DNA of 64,000 bases from an uncultured Thermoanaerobaculia bacterium (GCA_951813015.1 CATOTG010000011.1:129889-193888); one strand, 5' to 3'; shown: positions 29,269 to 41,213, counted from the stretch's first letter. Program-made: numbers and translations. The notes: generated by a model not told the origin, from the letters alone.

Positions 29269-32234
29269 ACCGGGGAGGCGCCGCTTCCAGGCCCCGGAAT
29301 GCCGTCTCTCATGAGCCTGGGAGCTTCGGCTCACCCGCCTCTCTCGGCCGCGGCTTTCTTGCGATCGCCGGGCTGAGCAGTCTCGCGTTCGGCCAGCCGA
29401 TCTTCGACCTGCTGAGGCGCACACCCGAGTTCTTCGCGATCAGGCAGCTCGCGATGGGAGACCTGCTGTTCCTGGCCGCGGCGTTCACGCTCGCTCCGGC
29501 CGTGGCCCTGTCCGCTCCGGCCGCGGTCGCCTGGTCCCTGCGTCCGGCGTGGAGAGGATTCGCGCTCGCCGCACCCGTGGGCCTGCTTGCCGGCACGATC
29601 GTGCTGCAGGCCGGCCGCGCCCTCCCGGCGACCGCGGCGGCCGCTCTCGCCGCCGGCGTCGGTTCGGCCGCTCTCTGGAGCTTCCTCCGTCTTCCGGCCG
29701 CCCGCACCTTCGCGTCACTCCTTTCGGCGGCGGTCGTCGTCGCCCCGGGAATCCTGCTGCTCGACGAAGATGTCCGACGCAGTGTCCGGGTGCCGGACGG
29801 CGCCGTACCGGGTACCGGTACCGGAGCGACGGCCCCTGTCGTCCTCGTGGTCTTCGACGAGTGGTCCGTCATCTCCATTCTCGACGCCGAAGGCGAAATC
29901 GACCGCGAGCGGTTCCCCAACCTGGCCCGGCTCGCCGATCGAGCCACCTGGTACCCGAACGCCACCACGGCGTCCAACATGACGACCCACGCGGTGCCGG
30001 CGCTGCTCACCGGGGTGTCACCGGAACGAGACCGACTTCCGACCGCCTCCGATCACCCCGTCAATCTGTTCACCTCGCTTGCTCCGACTCACGATGTCGT
30101 CGCCATCGAGCCGATCACGTCCCTGTGCCCGCCGAACCTGAACCTGCTGGAGAGCGCGCGGCCGTCCTTCGCTGCGCGCGCAGGTCTGCTGATCTCCGAT
30201 CTCGGCTTCGTCTGGCTCCGTCTGACCGCGCCGGAGTCGTGGGCGGCCCGGCTGCCGCCAATCACTCGCGCCTGGAGCGGCTTCCGCGATGGCAGCTCCG
30301 ATGCCGGACGAGCGACTTTCGCCGAACGGGAACTCGTCCGATCCCAGCCTCATCGACGCAACGACGAGAGGGTGGCCGATTTCCGCCGGTTCGTCGACGC
30401 AATCGGGCCGTTCGGCGCTCGGCCCGCCCTGTACTTCGCCCATACGCTGCTGCCCCACGAGCCCTGGGAGTACCTTCCGTCCGGCCGCAGGTACGGCCGC
30501 ACCAGGGTCTACGGCCTCGTCGACGGCGCCTGGACGCGCGATCCATCGACCGTCGGACACCACCACAAGCGCTACCTCCTGCAGGTGGAATTCGTCGACC
30601 GGCTGATCGGCGAGTTGATCGCGAGACTGGAGTCGCTCGACCTGTTCGACCGGAGCGTCGTGGCCATCACCGCCGACCACGGCATCTCGTTCGAGCCCGG
30701 GGCGTCACTCCGACACCCTGACCCGGAAGCCTCCGAAGATCACGTTCTGGACCTCCTGGCGGTGCCGCTGATCGTCAAGGCGCCGTTCCAGGACCGCGCC
30801 CGGATCGACCGGCGCCCGTTGTCGCTGGTCGAGCTGATGCCGCGGCTGCTCTCGCTGGCGAGGGGCGAGTCCGGGGACCCGCCTGGTCTCCCGGCCGCCG
30901 CCGACAGACCGTTGCTGTTCGGCGAGCGCGCTTCCGAGGTTCGGATATCCGTCGACCAGGACTCCTGGCGGCGCGGGCGACTGGCGCGGCAGCGCAAGTT
31001 GCTCGGCGAGGAGAATACGCCGTGGGCCATCGGCGTGGCGCCCGAACTGCACGGTCGCGCGGTTGCCGACCTGCCGCAGCGCGACAGTGAGGTGGCCGCC
31101 CGGATGGGCTACGCCGACCTCTGGGAAGATGTCGACCCGGAAGCCGCGAGACTGCCCGCGATGGTCGACGCCGACATCGTGCCGCCCGACGCGGCCGGCG
31201 ACCGTTCCGTGGTCGTGGCGCTCAATGGAGTGGTCGCCGACTCCGTGCGTCCCTACCGCTACCCCGGCGGCCGGAACCGGATCCGCGCCTTCCTGCCCGA
31301 GGCCCTGTTCCGACCTGGCCGCAACCGGGTCGAGCTCTTCCTCACTTCCGGTCGGGGCGACGGCTTGACTCTTGAACGCCTTCGCTCCCCGCGCGTCTTC
31401 TCCTTCGAACGGGACGCCGGAAACCGGTACGAGCTGCTCCGTGGCGCGCGGGGCGAGGTCACGGGCCTGCGACGCAGCGATGCCGGCGAAACCACCCGCT
31501 CGCCACGGCATGTTCGAGTGGTACCGGGTTCGCCCGAGCTGCGCGGGCACGTCGATGCGGTCGTGCCCCTTGCGGGACGCGCCACGGATGCCGGCCTCCT
31601 GAGGATTCACGGGAGGGCATTCGACGCAGCGAATCCAGGAGAAACCAGCACGCTCGTCTTCGTTTCGGGCGATGGGACCGTGACCGCCTACACCGGTCGC
31701 GCACTGAAGGACAACGGATTCCGGCTGCAACTGCCGGCCGACCCGGAACTCGTGGAGAAGCAGGGCATTCTCGCCTTCCTGGTTGGTCATCGGGAGGTCG
31801 CGGCGCCGCTTCAGTTCTTCTATCGACCGCTCCAGGGAGTGCGCGGCGGCGGGGAGTTCCTGACCGTCTCCGATGGCCGCCGGCTCCCGGTGCGGTCGCC
31901 GGGCGACGGTCTCGAAGGCGCGGTCGAACTGGTCGAGGCCGCAGGCGAGACGACGCAGATCCGCGGTTGGGCGGCAGACCGTTCTCAACGAGAGGCGGCA
32001 CGGGAGATCGTCGTCTACCGGGACGGCAGCTCGCTCACCAATCTGGGGCCCGGCGAGCTTGAACGCTCCGACATCGCCGAGCGATTCGCCGATCCGCGCC
32101 TTCTGCGGACCGGCTTCGGCGGTCCGGTGCCGGGCAGCCCGCTGCCTTCAGCCTTCGCCAGGCGCCATCGCGTCTTCGCGCTGATGACCCGCGGCGTTGC
32201 CTTGGAACTGCCGCTCGAACCGCCGTCCGACTGA
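29265..32234 (+). CDS. membrane-anchored sulfatase-like (alkaline phosphatase superfamily) hydrolase/transferase
   Basis: N-terminal TM bundle, PVVLVVFDE, TTHAVPALLTG, HTLLPHEPW, ITADHG, VPLIVKAP. No ATG/GTG before the first TM helix; start placed at CTG 29265 (inferred); first in-frame ATG is 29454. Confidence 0.78.
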   Translation: MNRGGAASRPRNAVSHEPGSFGSPASLGRGFLAIAGLSSLAFGQPIFDLLRRTPEFFAIRQLAMGDLLFLAAAFTLAPAVALSAPAAVAWSLRPAWRGFALAAPVGLLAGTIVLQAGRALPATAAAALAAGVGSAALWSFLRLPAARTFASLLSAAVVVAPGILLLDEDVRRSVRVPDGAVPGTGTGATAPVVLVVFDEWSVISILDAEGEIDRERFPNLARLADRATWYPNATTASNMTTHAVPALLTGVSPERDRLPTASDHPVNLFTSLAPTHDVVAIEPITSLCPPNLNLLESARPSFAARAGLLISDLGFVWLRLTAPESWAARLPPITRAWSGFRDGSSDAGRATFAERELVRSQPHRRNDERVADFRRFVDAIGPFGARPALYFAHTLLPHEPWEYLPSGRRYGRTRVYGLVDGAWTRDPSTVGHHHKRYLLQVEFVDRLIGELIARLESLDLFDRSVVAITADHGISFEPGASLRHPDPEASEDHVLDLLAVPLIVKAPFQDRARIDRRPLSLVELMPRLLSLARGESGDPPGLPAAADRPLLFGERASEVRISVDQDSWRRGRLARQRKLLGEENTPWAIGVAPELHGRAVADLPQRDSEVAARMGYADLWEDVDPEAARLPAMVDADIVPPDAAGDRSVVVALNGVVADSVRPYRYPGGRNRIRAFLPEALFRPGRNRVELFLTSGRGDGLTLERLRSPRVFSFERDAGNRYELLRGARGEVTGLRRSDAGETTRSPRHVRVVPGSPELRGHVDAVVPLAGRATDAGLLRIHGRAFDAANPGETSTLVFVSGDGTVTAYTGRALKDNGFRLQLPADPELVEKQGILAFLVGHREVAAPLQFFYRPLQGVRGGGEFLTVSDGRRLPVRSPGDGLEGAVELVEAAGETTQIRGWAADRSQREAAREIVVYRDGSSLTNLGPGELERSDIAERFADPRLLRTGFGGPVPGSPLPSAFARRHRVFALMTRGVALELPLEPPSD

Positions 32235-32251
32235 GCGAGGCACGGGCGGCT

Positions 32252-33610
32252 CTATCCGGGGCGCGTGCCGATCAGCGCGTAGTCGCGACAACCGTAAAGC
32301 AGGTCGTCGAGCTCGTCGCGGAGACGGTTGAGCCGGTCCGCCAGTTCCCGGGATTGCCCGTCCAGCCCATCGAGCGGGATCTCCGGCAGGCGCTCCTCTT
32401 CGGGGTAGGGACGCAGGTCGAATTGTTCGACGCGTGCAAACCCGGCGCTCTCGTAGCTGGCGCGCAGCGTTTCCGGGTGAACCGGCCGCACATGCGTCGG
32501 GTCGAGCCAGAAGCTGCCCGCGGTCACGGCCACCGAGAGTGGATTCGGCGTCTCGAGCAGGAGAATCCCCCCCGGGCGCAGGGCCGTCCAGGCGAGGCGC
32601 ACCAGCCGGTCAACCGCTTTCGGCGGCAGGTGTTCGATCACGTGGAAGGACACGATGCCGCCCAGCGATCCAGGCTCGACGCCGGCGAGGGCGCCCGGCA
32701 GTTCCCCCTGCTCGACCTGGAGGCCCTGCCGGGAGCAGCGCCGCACCATGGCGCCGGAGGAATCGATGCCGCGACAGCGGATGCCCTCCTCCTGAAGCAG
32801 CGCCAGCGCCTCGCCACGGCCGCAGCCGAGGTCCAGGACCGGCGCCGCCTGGCGAAGCCGTGGCAGCCAGGAACGGACGCGCTGCCGGATCTCCCGTTCG
32901 CCGCCGCGAAACCGGTTCTCGAAGTCCAGGTAGGAGGCGTCGTCGACGCTCGAGCGAAGCATGGCCGCCTCCTCGTCACCGTCCCTGGCCAGGGCCGAGC
33001 GCAGGAGGCCGGCGAGCTCATCCGCCTCGCGCCGGTACCGGTCCAGCTTGCGGTCGACGCGCCCGAAGAGCGCGTCATCGTGACGCATGACCTCGTCCAG
33101 GCCCTGGCGCAGGAAGTTCTCCAGATGGCTCGTCCGCCCATCCAGTTCTTCGATGCGCCGCTCAAGGTCCCGGTCGACCCGTTCCTGGTGCTCGAGACGT
33201 CGGCCGAGGTCCTGGACGTGCCCCAGCAGGATCAGGTTGAAGATCCGCTGGCGCTCCCACAGGTCCTTCTGCGGCAGGTGGACCAGCGGACGCAGCAGCC
33301 GCTTGAAGGCCACCAGGACCCGCCCGGCAAGGCCGCGGTGGCTACGAATGGGGAACGGGAGATCCCGTTCCCAGAGCTGGCGCCAGTCCTCGAGCCGACG
33401 GGTGGGCCGGTCGCCGAGAAAGGCCTCGACTTCCGGCGGTCCGCCATCGCGGCCAACCGCTTCGCCGCCGGCCGTTTCGCCGCCGGCCGTTTCGCCGCCG
33501 GCCGCTTCTCCGCCGGCCGTTTCGCCGCCGGCCGCTTCTCCGCCGGAGGGGGCGGTTTGCCCGGGTGTCCCGGCCGTGACCTTCCCTTCGCTGGAATCCT
33601 CAGGTCTCAG
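32252..33610 (-). CDS. class I SAM-dependent methyltransferase with coiled-coil N-terminus (polysaccharide-associated type)
   Basis: YLDFENRFRG, VLDLGCGRGE, FHVIEHL, LRPGGILLLETPNP, FWLDPTHVRP, DYALIG. Start uncertain (CTG 33610 or TTG 33616). Confidence 0.82.
   Translation of the reverse strand: MRPEDSSEGKVTAGTPGQTAPSGGEAAGGETAGGEAAGGETAGGETAGGEAVGRDGGPPEVEAFLGDRPTRRLEDWRQLWERDLPFPIRSHRGLAGRVLVAFKRLLRPLVHLPQKDLWERQRIFNLILLGHVQDLGRRLEHQERVDRDLERRIEELDGRTSHLENFLRQGLDEVMRHDDALFGRVDRKLDRYRREADELAGLLRSALARDGDEEAAMLRSSVDDASYLDFENRFRGGEREIRQRVRSWLPRLRQAAPVLDLGCGRGEALALLQEEGIRCRGIDSSGAMVRRCSRQGLQVEQGELPGALAGVEPGSLGGIVSFHVIEHLPPKAVDRLVRLAWTALRPGGILLLETPNPLSVAVTAGSFWLDPTHVRPVHPETLRASYESAGFARVEQFDLRPYPEEERLPEIPLDGLDGQSRELADRLNRLRDELDDLLYGCRDYALIGTRPG
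33457..33546. repeat. tandem repeat, 6 x 15 bp
   Basis: Units ccg(c/t)ttc(g/t)ccgccgg, encoding GGE(A/T)A on the minus strand. Confidence 0.92.
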
Positions 33611-34046
33611 GCACAACCTCGACTGCGACTTCGGCGATGACCTCCGTGTGGAGGTCGACCCGAACGACATGCTTGCCCAAGGCCTTGATTCCGCCCGTCA
33701 GGTCCACCATCCGGCGATGGAGCTGGACACCTTTGGAGGCGAGCGCCTCGACGATCTCCGTCGGCGTCACGGAGCCGTAGAGAGTTCCCGTCTCGCTGGC
33801 CCGCTTGGCGATCTTGATCTTCAGCGCCGCCAGTTCGGCAGCGACCTCGGCGGCAGCCGAGCGTTCGGCCGCGTGCCGGACATCGAACTTCGATCGTTGC
33901 GACTCGAACCAGTGCCGGTTCGCCACCGTCGACGGCGCCGCAAGTTCCCTCGGATACAGGTAGTTCCGCGCGTAGCCGGGCTTCACGTCGACGACCTCGC
34001 CACGCCCGCCGAGCCCCCTCATGTCCTGGAGCAGGATGACTTCCAT
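33600..34046 (-). CDS. rplI: 50S ribosomal protein L9
   Basis: MEVILLQD..GLG..G.VV.VKPGYARNYL, LYGSVT. Confidence 0.96.
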   Translation of the reverse strand: MEVILLQDMRGLGGRGEVVDVKPGYARNYLYPRELAAPSTVANRHWFESQRSKFDVRHAAERSAAAEVAAELAALKIKIAKRASETGTLYGSVTPTEIVEALASKGVQLHRRMVDLTGGIKALGKHVVRVDLHTEVIAEVAVEVVPET

Positions 34047-34082
34047 GTTGCGTTCCTCTTCCCTTCCCTGTCCTGCGGCCGT

Positions 34083-34313
34083 TCAGTCCGTGGTGTACGG
34101 AATCAGGGCCAGGAAGCGCGCACGCCGAATGGCGCGGGCCAGCATTCTCTGGTGGCGGGCTGAATTGCCCGAAATTCTGCGGGGGAGGACCTTCGCCCTC
34201 TCAGGCACGAAGGGCCGCAGGGTCGCTACGTCCTTGTAGTCGATGTACTCGATCCCGTCCACGGTGAACTTGCACACCTTGCGGCGGCGGAAGAAGGTCT
34301 TTCGTTTCGGCAT
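34083..34313 (-). CDS. rpsR: 30S ribosomal protein S18
   Basis: [33 protein letters not shown]. Confidence 0.96.
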   Translation of the reverse strand: MPKRKTFFRRRKVCKFTVDGIEYIDYKDVATLRPFVPERAKVLPRRISGNSARHQRMLARAIRRARFLALIPYTTD

Positions 34314-34326
34314 TGTCTCTGTTCCC

Positions 34327-34698
34327 CTATTGGCCTGTGGCCTCGGCGAGGACCGTCGTCTGGACCGGCGCCTTGCCCTTGCTTGCCGCGCGCTTCAGGT
34401 CGCGGTCCGTCCGCACGACAAGATGGCGGAGCACGCGCTCGTTCTGGAGCATCCGCTGCCCGACCTCGGCGAGGCTGTTGTCGCCTCCGTCCGACTCCAG
34501 GTAGTAGATGTGGTACCGACCCTCGGTGAACTTCTTGATCGGATAGGCAAGCCGCCGCTTGCCCCAGGACTCTTCCTGGCTGATCCGGGTCTTGCCGTCC
34601 GCCACCAGCATCTCGCCAAAACCGTCGCTCAACTGCACCGCCTCCTCATCCGAGAGACGTGGGTCCGCAATGAAGACCAGTTCGTATGTCCGTGTCAA
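34327..34698 (-). CDS. rpsF: 30S ribosomal protein S6
   Basis: [28 protein letters not shown]; TTG start. Confidence 0.95.
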   Translation of the reverse strand: MTRTYELVFIADPRLSDEEAVQLSDGFGEMLVADGKTRISQEESWGKRRLAYPIKKFTEGRYHIYYLESDGGDNSLAEVGQRMLQNERVLRHLVVRTDRDLKRAASKGKAPVQTTVLAEATGQ

Positions 34699-34828
34699 TC
34701 GTTCATCCTCGTCAGGTTCTCCACGAAGCCGCGCATCGTCGCGAGTTCGGTTGGCTGTTTCTCCGTTCCACGCCGGCAGGCGCCTGAGGCCGCAGCGAAT
34801 CGGCGGCGGAATTTATCACGGTTGTCGG

Positions 34829-36901
<2,073 letters not shown>

Positions 36902-36919
36902 TATCCGTTTCCCCTCAAT

Positions 36920-36973
36920 CCCTGGTAAGAGTTCATCCGTTCCTGCCCCTGGTAAGAGTCCATCCGTTCCTGC
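36920..36973. repeat. 27-bp tandem duplication in the pth-hppA spacer
   Basis: CCCTGGTAAGAGT(T/C)CATCCGTTCCTGC x2, one mismatch. Confidence 0.9.
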
Positions 36974-36976
36974 AAC

Positions 36977-37558
36977 TCATCCGTTGTACTCGTTCATCGT
37001 GATGTCGACGCCCCGGTCGACCCAGCTCAGGACGCAGTCGGCGGCGCGGGCCACCATGCGTTCCGCGGCTTCGACTTCCCCGGCAGCGAACGGGGCGAGC
37101 ACGAAATCCGAGAGCACCGCCTCCCTGCCGCCGGCACGCCCGTCCGCCTGTCCCGCCTCGTCCGCCGCGATGCCCAGCCTCAGCCGGGGCACCGCCGTGG
37201 TGCGCAGATTCTCGATGATCGACTCCATTCCGCGATGGCCGCCCGGACTGCCCCTGCCGCGAAGGCGCAACCTTCCCAGAGGCAGATGGACTTCGTCGTA
37301 GACGACCAGGATGTTCTCGGGAGCATAGCCATTCCGTTCACTGAGGCATCGCGCGCTGTAGCCGCTGCGGTTCATGTAGGTCCGGGGAGTTGCCAGGTCG
37401 ACCCGCCCGCCGGCGGCCCAGAGTGCGCCGCAGACCTCCACGCCGAGGCGGACGTCGAGTCGCCGCGCCAGTTCCTCGACAACGCGGAAGCCGAGATTGT
37501 GACGGGTGCCGGCATACTCCTCTCCCGGATTGCCAAGACCGAGGACCAGCCGCGACGT
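36977..37558 (-). CDS. pth: peptidyl-tRNA hydrolase
   Basis: LVLGLGNPG, TRHNLGF, TYMNRSG, GGHRG, RLRLGI, DFVL. No canonical start between the rplY stop and the conserved N-terminus (ACG 37558 or CTG 37549). Confidence 0.92.
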   Translation of the reverse strand, partial: TSRLVLGLGNPGEEYAGTRHNLGFRVVEELARRLDVRLGVEVCGALWAAGGRVDLATPRTYMNRSGYSARCLSERNGYAPENILVVYDEVHLPLGRLRLRGRGSPGGHRGMESIIENLRTTAVPRLRLGIAADEAGQADGRAGGREAVLSDFVLAPFAAGEVEAAERMVARAADCVLSWVDRGVDITMNEYNG

Positions 37559-37559
37559 G

Positions 37560-38228
37560 CTAGTCGTCTTCGCCCTCCGCCTCGTCGCTGGCGCCGACCA
37601 TGGCGGGCTCCTCGCCGAACGCCTCGAGCAGATCGTCCTCCCCGGTCGTCTCTTCCTCCTCTTCCACGAGTCTCGGGGCGGCGACCGACACGACAACGCG
37701 GCTTTCGTCGTCTTCGAGCCGCACCGCATCCGGAAGCGTGAGCTCGCCGGTTTCCACATGCTGGCCGATGTGCAGCGGCGCCACGTCGAGTTCGATCGAA
37801 GACGGAATGTCGCCGGGCAGGCAGACGACGGCGATCTCGCGGGTGACGAACTCCACGATGCCGCCCTCGTTCCTGACTCCTTCGGGAGTTCCGATCAGCG
37901 CGATCGGGACCGAGACCTGGACTTCCTGATCCATCTTGACTCGTTGAAAGTCGATGTGGACCAGCGCGCCGGTCAGAGGATTCCACTGCAGGTCGCGGAT
38001 CATCGTGTGGCGCGTGCGATCCGTTCCCTCCAACTGAAGCTGGAAGACGGCGTTCTCGCCGCCCTCCCGGATCAGGGTCTGCACGCTCTTGCCGTCGATG
38101 CGTATCGCAGCCGAGTCCGCGTCGCCGCCGTAGACCACGGCCGGGATTTCACCCGCCGCGCGCAGGCGGCGGTTGGCGTTCTTGCCGGTCTGCTCGCGCA
38201 GCCGCACACTGACTGTCGGTTCGCTCAC
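37560..38228 (-). CDS. rplY: 50S ribosomal protein L25/CTC
   Basis: GKNANRRLR, IPAVVYG, HIDFQRV, CTC C-terminal domain with acidic tail. Confidence 0.95.
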   Translation of the reverse strand: MSEPTVSVRLREQTGKNANRRLRAAGEIPAVVYGGDADSAAIRIDGKSVQTLIREGGENAVFQLQLEGTDRTRHTMIRDLQWNPLTGALVHIDFQRVKMDQEVQVSVPIALIGTPEGVRNEGGIVEFVTREIAVVCLPGDIPSSIELDVAPLHIGQHVETGELTLPDAVRLEDDESRVVVSVAAPRLVEEEEETTGEDDLLEAFGEEPAMVGASDEAEGEDD

Positions 38229-38258
38229 TTCGAGCTCCTTGAGGGGAAAACGAACAGC

Positions 38259-39200
38259 TCAGACGAAAAGGGACGTCACCGAGCTGTTGTCGTGGATTCT
38301 GCGGATTGCCTCGCCCAGCAGGGCCGCGACGCTATGGGGACGCAGCCGCGTGCTCCGGGCGAGCTTGTCCTCGAGCGGCGTCGTGTTCGTCACCAGCACG
38401 CCCTCGAGCTTCGAGTCTTCGATTCGTTCGATCGCGGAAGCCGAGAGGACACCGTGTACTCCGGCGGCGAAGATCCTCCGAGCTCCCTGCACGGCCAGCG
38501 ACTCGACCGAGTTGAGCAACGTGCCGCCGGTATCGACGATGTCGTCGAGGATCAGGACGTCCCGGCCCCTCACGTCGCCGATCACGTTCATCACCTCGGC
38601 CTTGTTCGCGGCCACCCGCCGCTTGTCGATGATCGCGAGTTCCGTGTCCAGGCGCTTGGCGATGGCCCGCGCCCTCGCCACGCCGCCGGCGTCCGGCGCC
38701 ACGATCATCAGGTCGTCGATGCCCAGCGCCCTGATCGCGTCGAGGAGCACCGGCGCCGCGAAGAGGTGATCGACCGGAATGTCGAAGTAGCCCGAGATCT
38801 GCCCGGCGTGAACGTCCATCGTCAGCAGCCGGTCCGCTCCCGCAGCGGTGATGACGTCCGCGACCAGCTTGGCCGTGATCGGCACCCGCGGCTTGTCCTT
38901 CTTGTCCTGGCGGGCGTACCCGTAGTACGGAATCACGGCGGTCACCCGCGCCGCCGAGGCTCGCTTGACCGCGTCCAGCATGATGAGCAGCTCAACGAGG
39001 TTGTCGTTGACCGGAGTACAGGTCGGCTGGACGATGAACACGTCGGTGCCGCGAACGTTCTCCTGGATCTGACAGAAGATTTCGCCGTCGGCAAAGTTGT
39101 AGGCCGTGACCTGCCCCGGCGCCATGCCCAGATAGCTGCAGATCTCGTTCGTCAGTGCCGGGTGCGCCCGGCCACCGAAGATCTTCAGCTCCGTGTACAT
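38259..39200 (-). CDS. prs: ribose-phosphate pyrophosphokinase
   Basis: FADGEI, PYYGYARQDKK, APDAGGV, DDIVDTGGT. Confidence 0.96.
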   Translation of the reverse strand: MYTELKIFGGRAHPALTNEICSYLGMAPGQVTAYNFADGEIFCQIQENVRGTDVFIVQPTCTPVNDNLVELLIMLDAVKRASAARVTAVIPYYGYARQDKKDKPRVPITAKLVADVITAAGADRLLTMDVHAGQISGYFDIPVDHLFAAPVLLDAIRALGIDDLMIVAPDAGGVARARAIAKRLDTELAIIDKRRVAANKAEVMNVIGDVRGRDVLILDDIVDTGGTLLNSVESLAVQGARRIFAAGVHGVLSASAIERIEDSKLEGVLVTNTTPLEDKLARSTRLRPHSVAALLGEAIRRIHDNSSVTSLFV

Positions 39201-39374
39201 GGCCTGCTCAACCTTGCTGGCGTGAACCGTCATCAAGCCGCCCCGTCGCGGAGCCGCGCACCATTGCAGGGACCTTCGCGCCAGCCGCGACAATCGACGC
39301 GTACGGAGACTCTCGACACGAACAACCTCGGGCTCTGAATCTGTTGCAAGGGGGAGGAGGCCGGCGCATCCCCG

Positions 39375-39449
39375 TGGTTGGGGCGGGAGGATTCGAACCC
39401 CCGATAGCGAGATCCAAAGTCTCGTGCCTTACCACTTGGCGACGCCCCA
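39375..39449 (-). tRNA. tRNA-Gln(UUG)
   Basis: TGGGGCGTCGCCAAGTGGTAAGGCACGAGACTTTGGATCTCGCTATCGGGGGTTCGAATCCTCCCGCCCCAACCA: anticodon TTG, T-loop GTTCGAAT, encoded CCA; usual position between ispE and prs. Confidence 0.97.
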
Positions 39450-39485
39450 GACGGGCCGGCGGATTGTACATGAAGCACGCGAGCC

Positions 39486-40424
39486 TCACGAGTCCGAATT
39501 CGCGCAGCGCCGCCGGCGTCGGGTCGAGGTTCGAATCACTCGCACGCCGAGGCCTTCGACCGCGCGCTCCGCGCCCTTCCAGCTACCGATCCCGAATACC
39601 GCCCCGCCGCTGCCGGAGAGCTGGGGGCCCCGGTCCGACGGGCCGGTTGCGGCGCCCCGCAACGCGAGGAGGAGCCGGTCCACCTCCGGATGCAGCCTTC
39701 GCGCGACGGGCTCCAGATCGTTTCCCCGAAGCCACGAAGCGGCTTCCGCACGCGCTGCCTCCGCGGGCAGCACGTCCACTCCCCGGTGCTCCCCGACCGG
39801 CGCCCGGACACCGCTCCAGCACCGGTAGACCTCCTCGGTGGAAACCTCCACCGCAGGCGCCGCGACGACGACCGAAGCGGCCCCGATGTCCGGCAGGGGC
39901 CTCAGTTTCTCGCCGCGGCCGGTCGCCAGCACCGTCCCGCCGACGAGGAAGAACGGAACATCCGAGCCGACCGCGGCGGCAACCGCGCGCAGATCGTCCG
40001 AGCTCAGGGGTTCGCCCCGGAGTTCCTGCAGAGCAGCCAGAGTCTCCGCCGCGTCGCTGCTCCCGCCGCCCAGGCCGCTGCCGGCCGGAATGCTCTTCCT
40101 CAGTTCGAACCGGACGCCCCGCGCCGGCTCGCCGATCGCTTCGAAGAAGGCTCGCGCGGCCACCAGGACGAGGTTCGAGTCATCCTCTGGCGCACCGCCG
40201 TCCGGCAACTCGAGAGCCAGGGGCGCGGCCGAGTCGGTCCGGCTCACCTTCAGCCGATCGCAGAGATCGATCGTCTGCAGCACGGTCGTGATCGCGTGGA
40301 AGCCGTCCGGGCGGCGACCGTGAACCCGCAGGCTCAGGTTCACCTTGGCGGGACACTCCAGACAGACACTGGTCTTCGACGGTCGCCGCCCGGCCGGTCG
40401 CGACTTCGCCAGTCGCGACGTCAC
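39486..40424 (-). CDS. ispE: 4-diphosphocytidyl-2-C-methyl-D-erythritol kinase
   Basis: PAKVNLSL, KSIPAGSGLGGGSSDAA, GSDVPFFL, NDLE, LSGSG; GTGA overlap with the upstream gene. Confidence 0.93.
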   Translation of the reverse strand: MTSRLAKSRPAGRRPSKTSVCLECPAKVNLSLRVHGRRPDGFHAITTVLQTIDLCDRLKVSRTDSAAPLALELPDGGAPEDDSNLVLVAARAFFEAIGEPARGVRFELRKSIPAGSGLGGGSSDAAETLAALQELRGEPLSSDDLRAVAAAVGSDVPFFLVGGTVLATGRGEKLRPLPDIGAASVVVAAPAVEVSTEEVYRCWSGVRAPVGEHRGVDVLPAEAARAEAASWLRGNDLEPVARRLHPEVDRLLLALRGAATGPSDRGPQLSGSGGAVFGIGSWKGAERAVEGLGVRVIRTSTRRRRRCANSDS

Positions 40425-41191
40425 GGATCGCCCGCCTGGCAGGCGCCCGGCAAGAAACCGTTCGGCGCCTCCGGTGGCGGCAGCGCGCCCGCCAGGTCCC
40501 GTGCCGGCCCTCTCTGTTCCCAGAGCAGTTCGAGACCGGTCTCGGGCTCGACCAGCCGGGAGAGACCGTCCGCGTCGAGATCCCACGAGGCTCTCGTCTC
40601 CGTTCCCCGGTGAAGAGTCCAGCGGCGCGGGCCGTTCGCGGCCGTCGCAGCCGTCCAGCGCCGACCCCAACGGTCCTCGAAGTCGAGTTCGACGATGGCG
40701 GCGCCGGACCTGGCTGCCGCCGCCACCGTTTTCGTGTCGAGCGGCGGCGCCGGCAGTCGCCCCAGCAGCAGCGCGGCAACGGCGCCGGCGGGCGCCGGGC
40801 CCAGGGACAGGGCGGGAACTTCCAACTCGCCGCGATAACGGCAGAAGGTTCGCTCGCGCACCCACAACACCAGGGCATCGCTTTCCTGGACGTTCAGATC
40901 CCACCATCGGCGCCCCAACCGATCCGAGGCCTCCACCTGAAAGCGCTCCGGCGACTCGAAACGCAACACCAGGCGTAACGTGCCTCTCCCCTGCGGACCG
41001 GCGTACCGCATCCGAAAGATGCGTTGGCTGCGCCACTCCCCCGCCGGAATCTCCCACGGCAACACAGCGGCAGCAGCGCCGTCGCCGCGCGCGGACAAGC
41101 TCAGACCCGAGCCGCCAGTGGCACAAGCCGCAAGCCAGACGAGCAGTCCCGGCAGCAGCAGCGCCGCCGCCGGCCGGTTCGCGGGTGTCAG
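40421..41191 (-). CDS. hypothetical lipoprotein in the LolB syntenic position
   Basis: Hydrophobic signal ending WLAAC, beta-rich body, located between the TPR gene and ispE. Start inferred as CTG 41191 behind GGAGG. Confidence 0.6.
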   Translation of the reverse strand: MTPANRPAAALLLPGLLVWLAACATGGSGLSLSARGDGAAAAVLPWEIPAGEWRSQRIFRMRYAGPQGRGTLRLVLRFESPERFQVEASDRLGRRWWDLNVQESDALVLWVRERTFCRYRGELEVPALSLGPAPAGAVAALLLGRLPAPPLDTKTVAAAARSGAAIVELDFEDRWGRRWTAATAANGPRRWTLHRGTETRASWDLDADGLSRLVEPETGLELLWEQRGPARDLAGALPPPEAPNGFLPGACQAGDP

Positions 41192-41213
41192 CGGACCTCC
41201 AGCAGCCGCCCGG

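Noticed and set aside
26847-32234. 1795-aa ORF as one giant protein
   Set aside because: The first 800 or so codons are an Arg/Pro-rich off-frame shadow of PBP1A; protein-like sequence begins only near 29265.
34699-34828. S6:S18 autoregulatory leader RNA before rpsF
   Set aside because: The position fits, but I could not identify the motif by eye; it needs an Infernal scan.
39375-39449. tRNA-Gln as an integration site
   Set aside because: No duplicated 3' end or integrase nearby; flanked by its usual neighbours ispE and prs.
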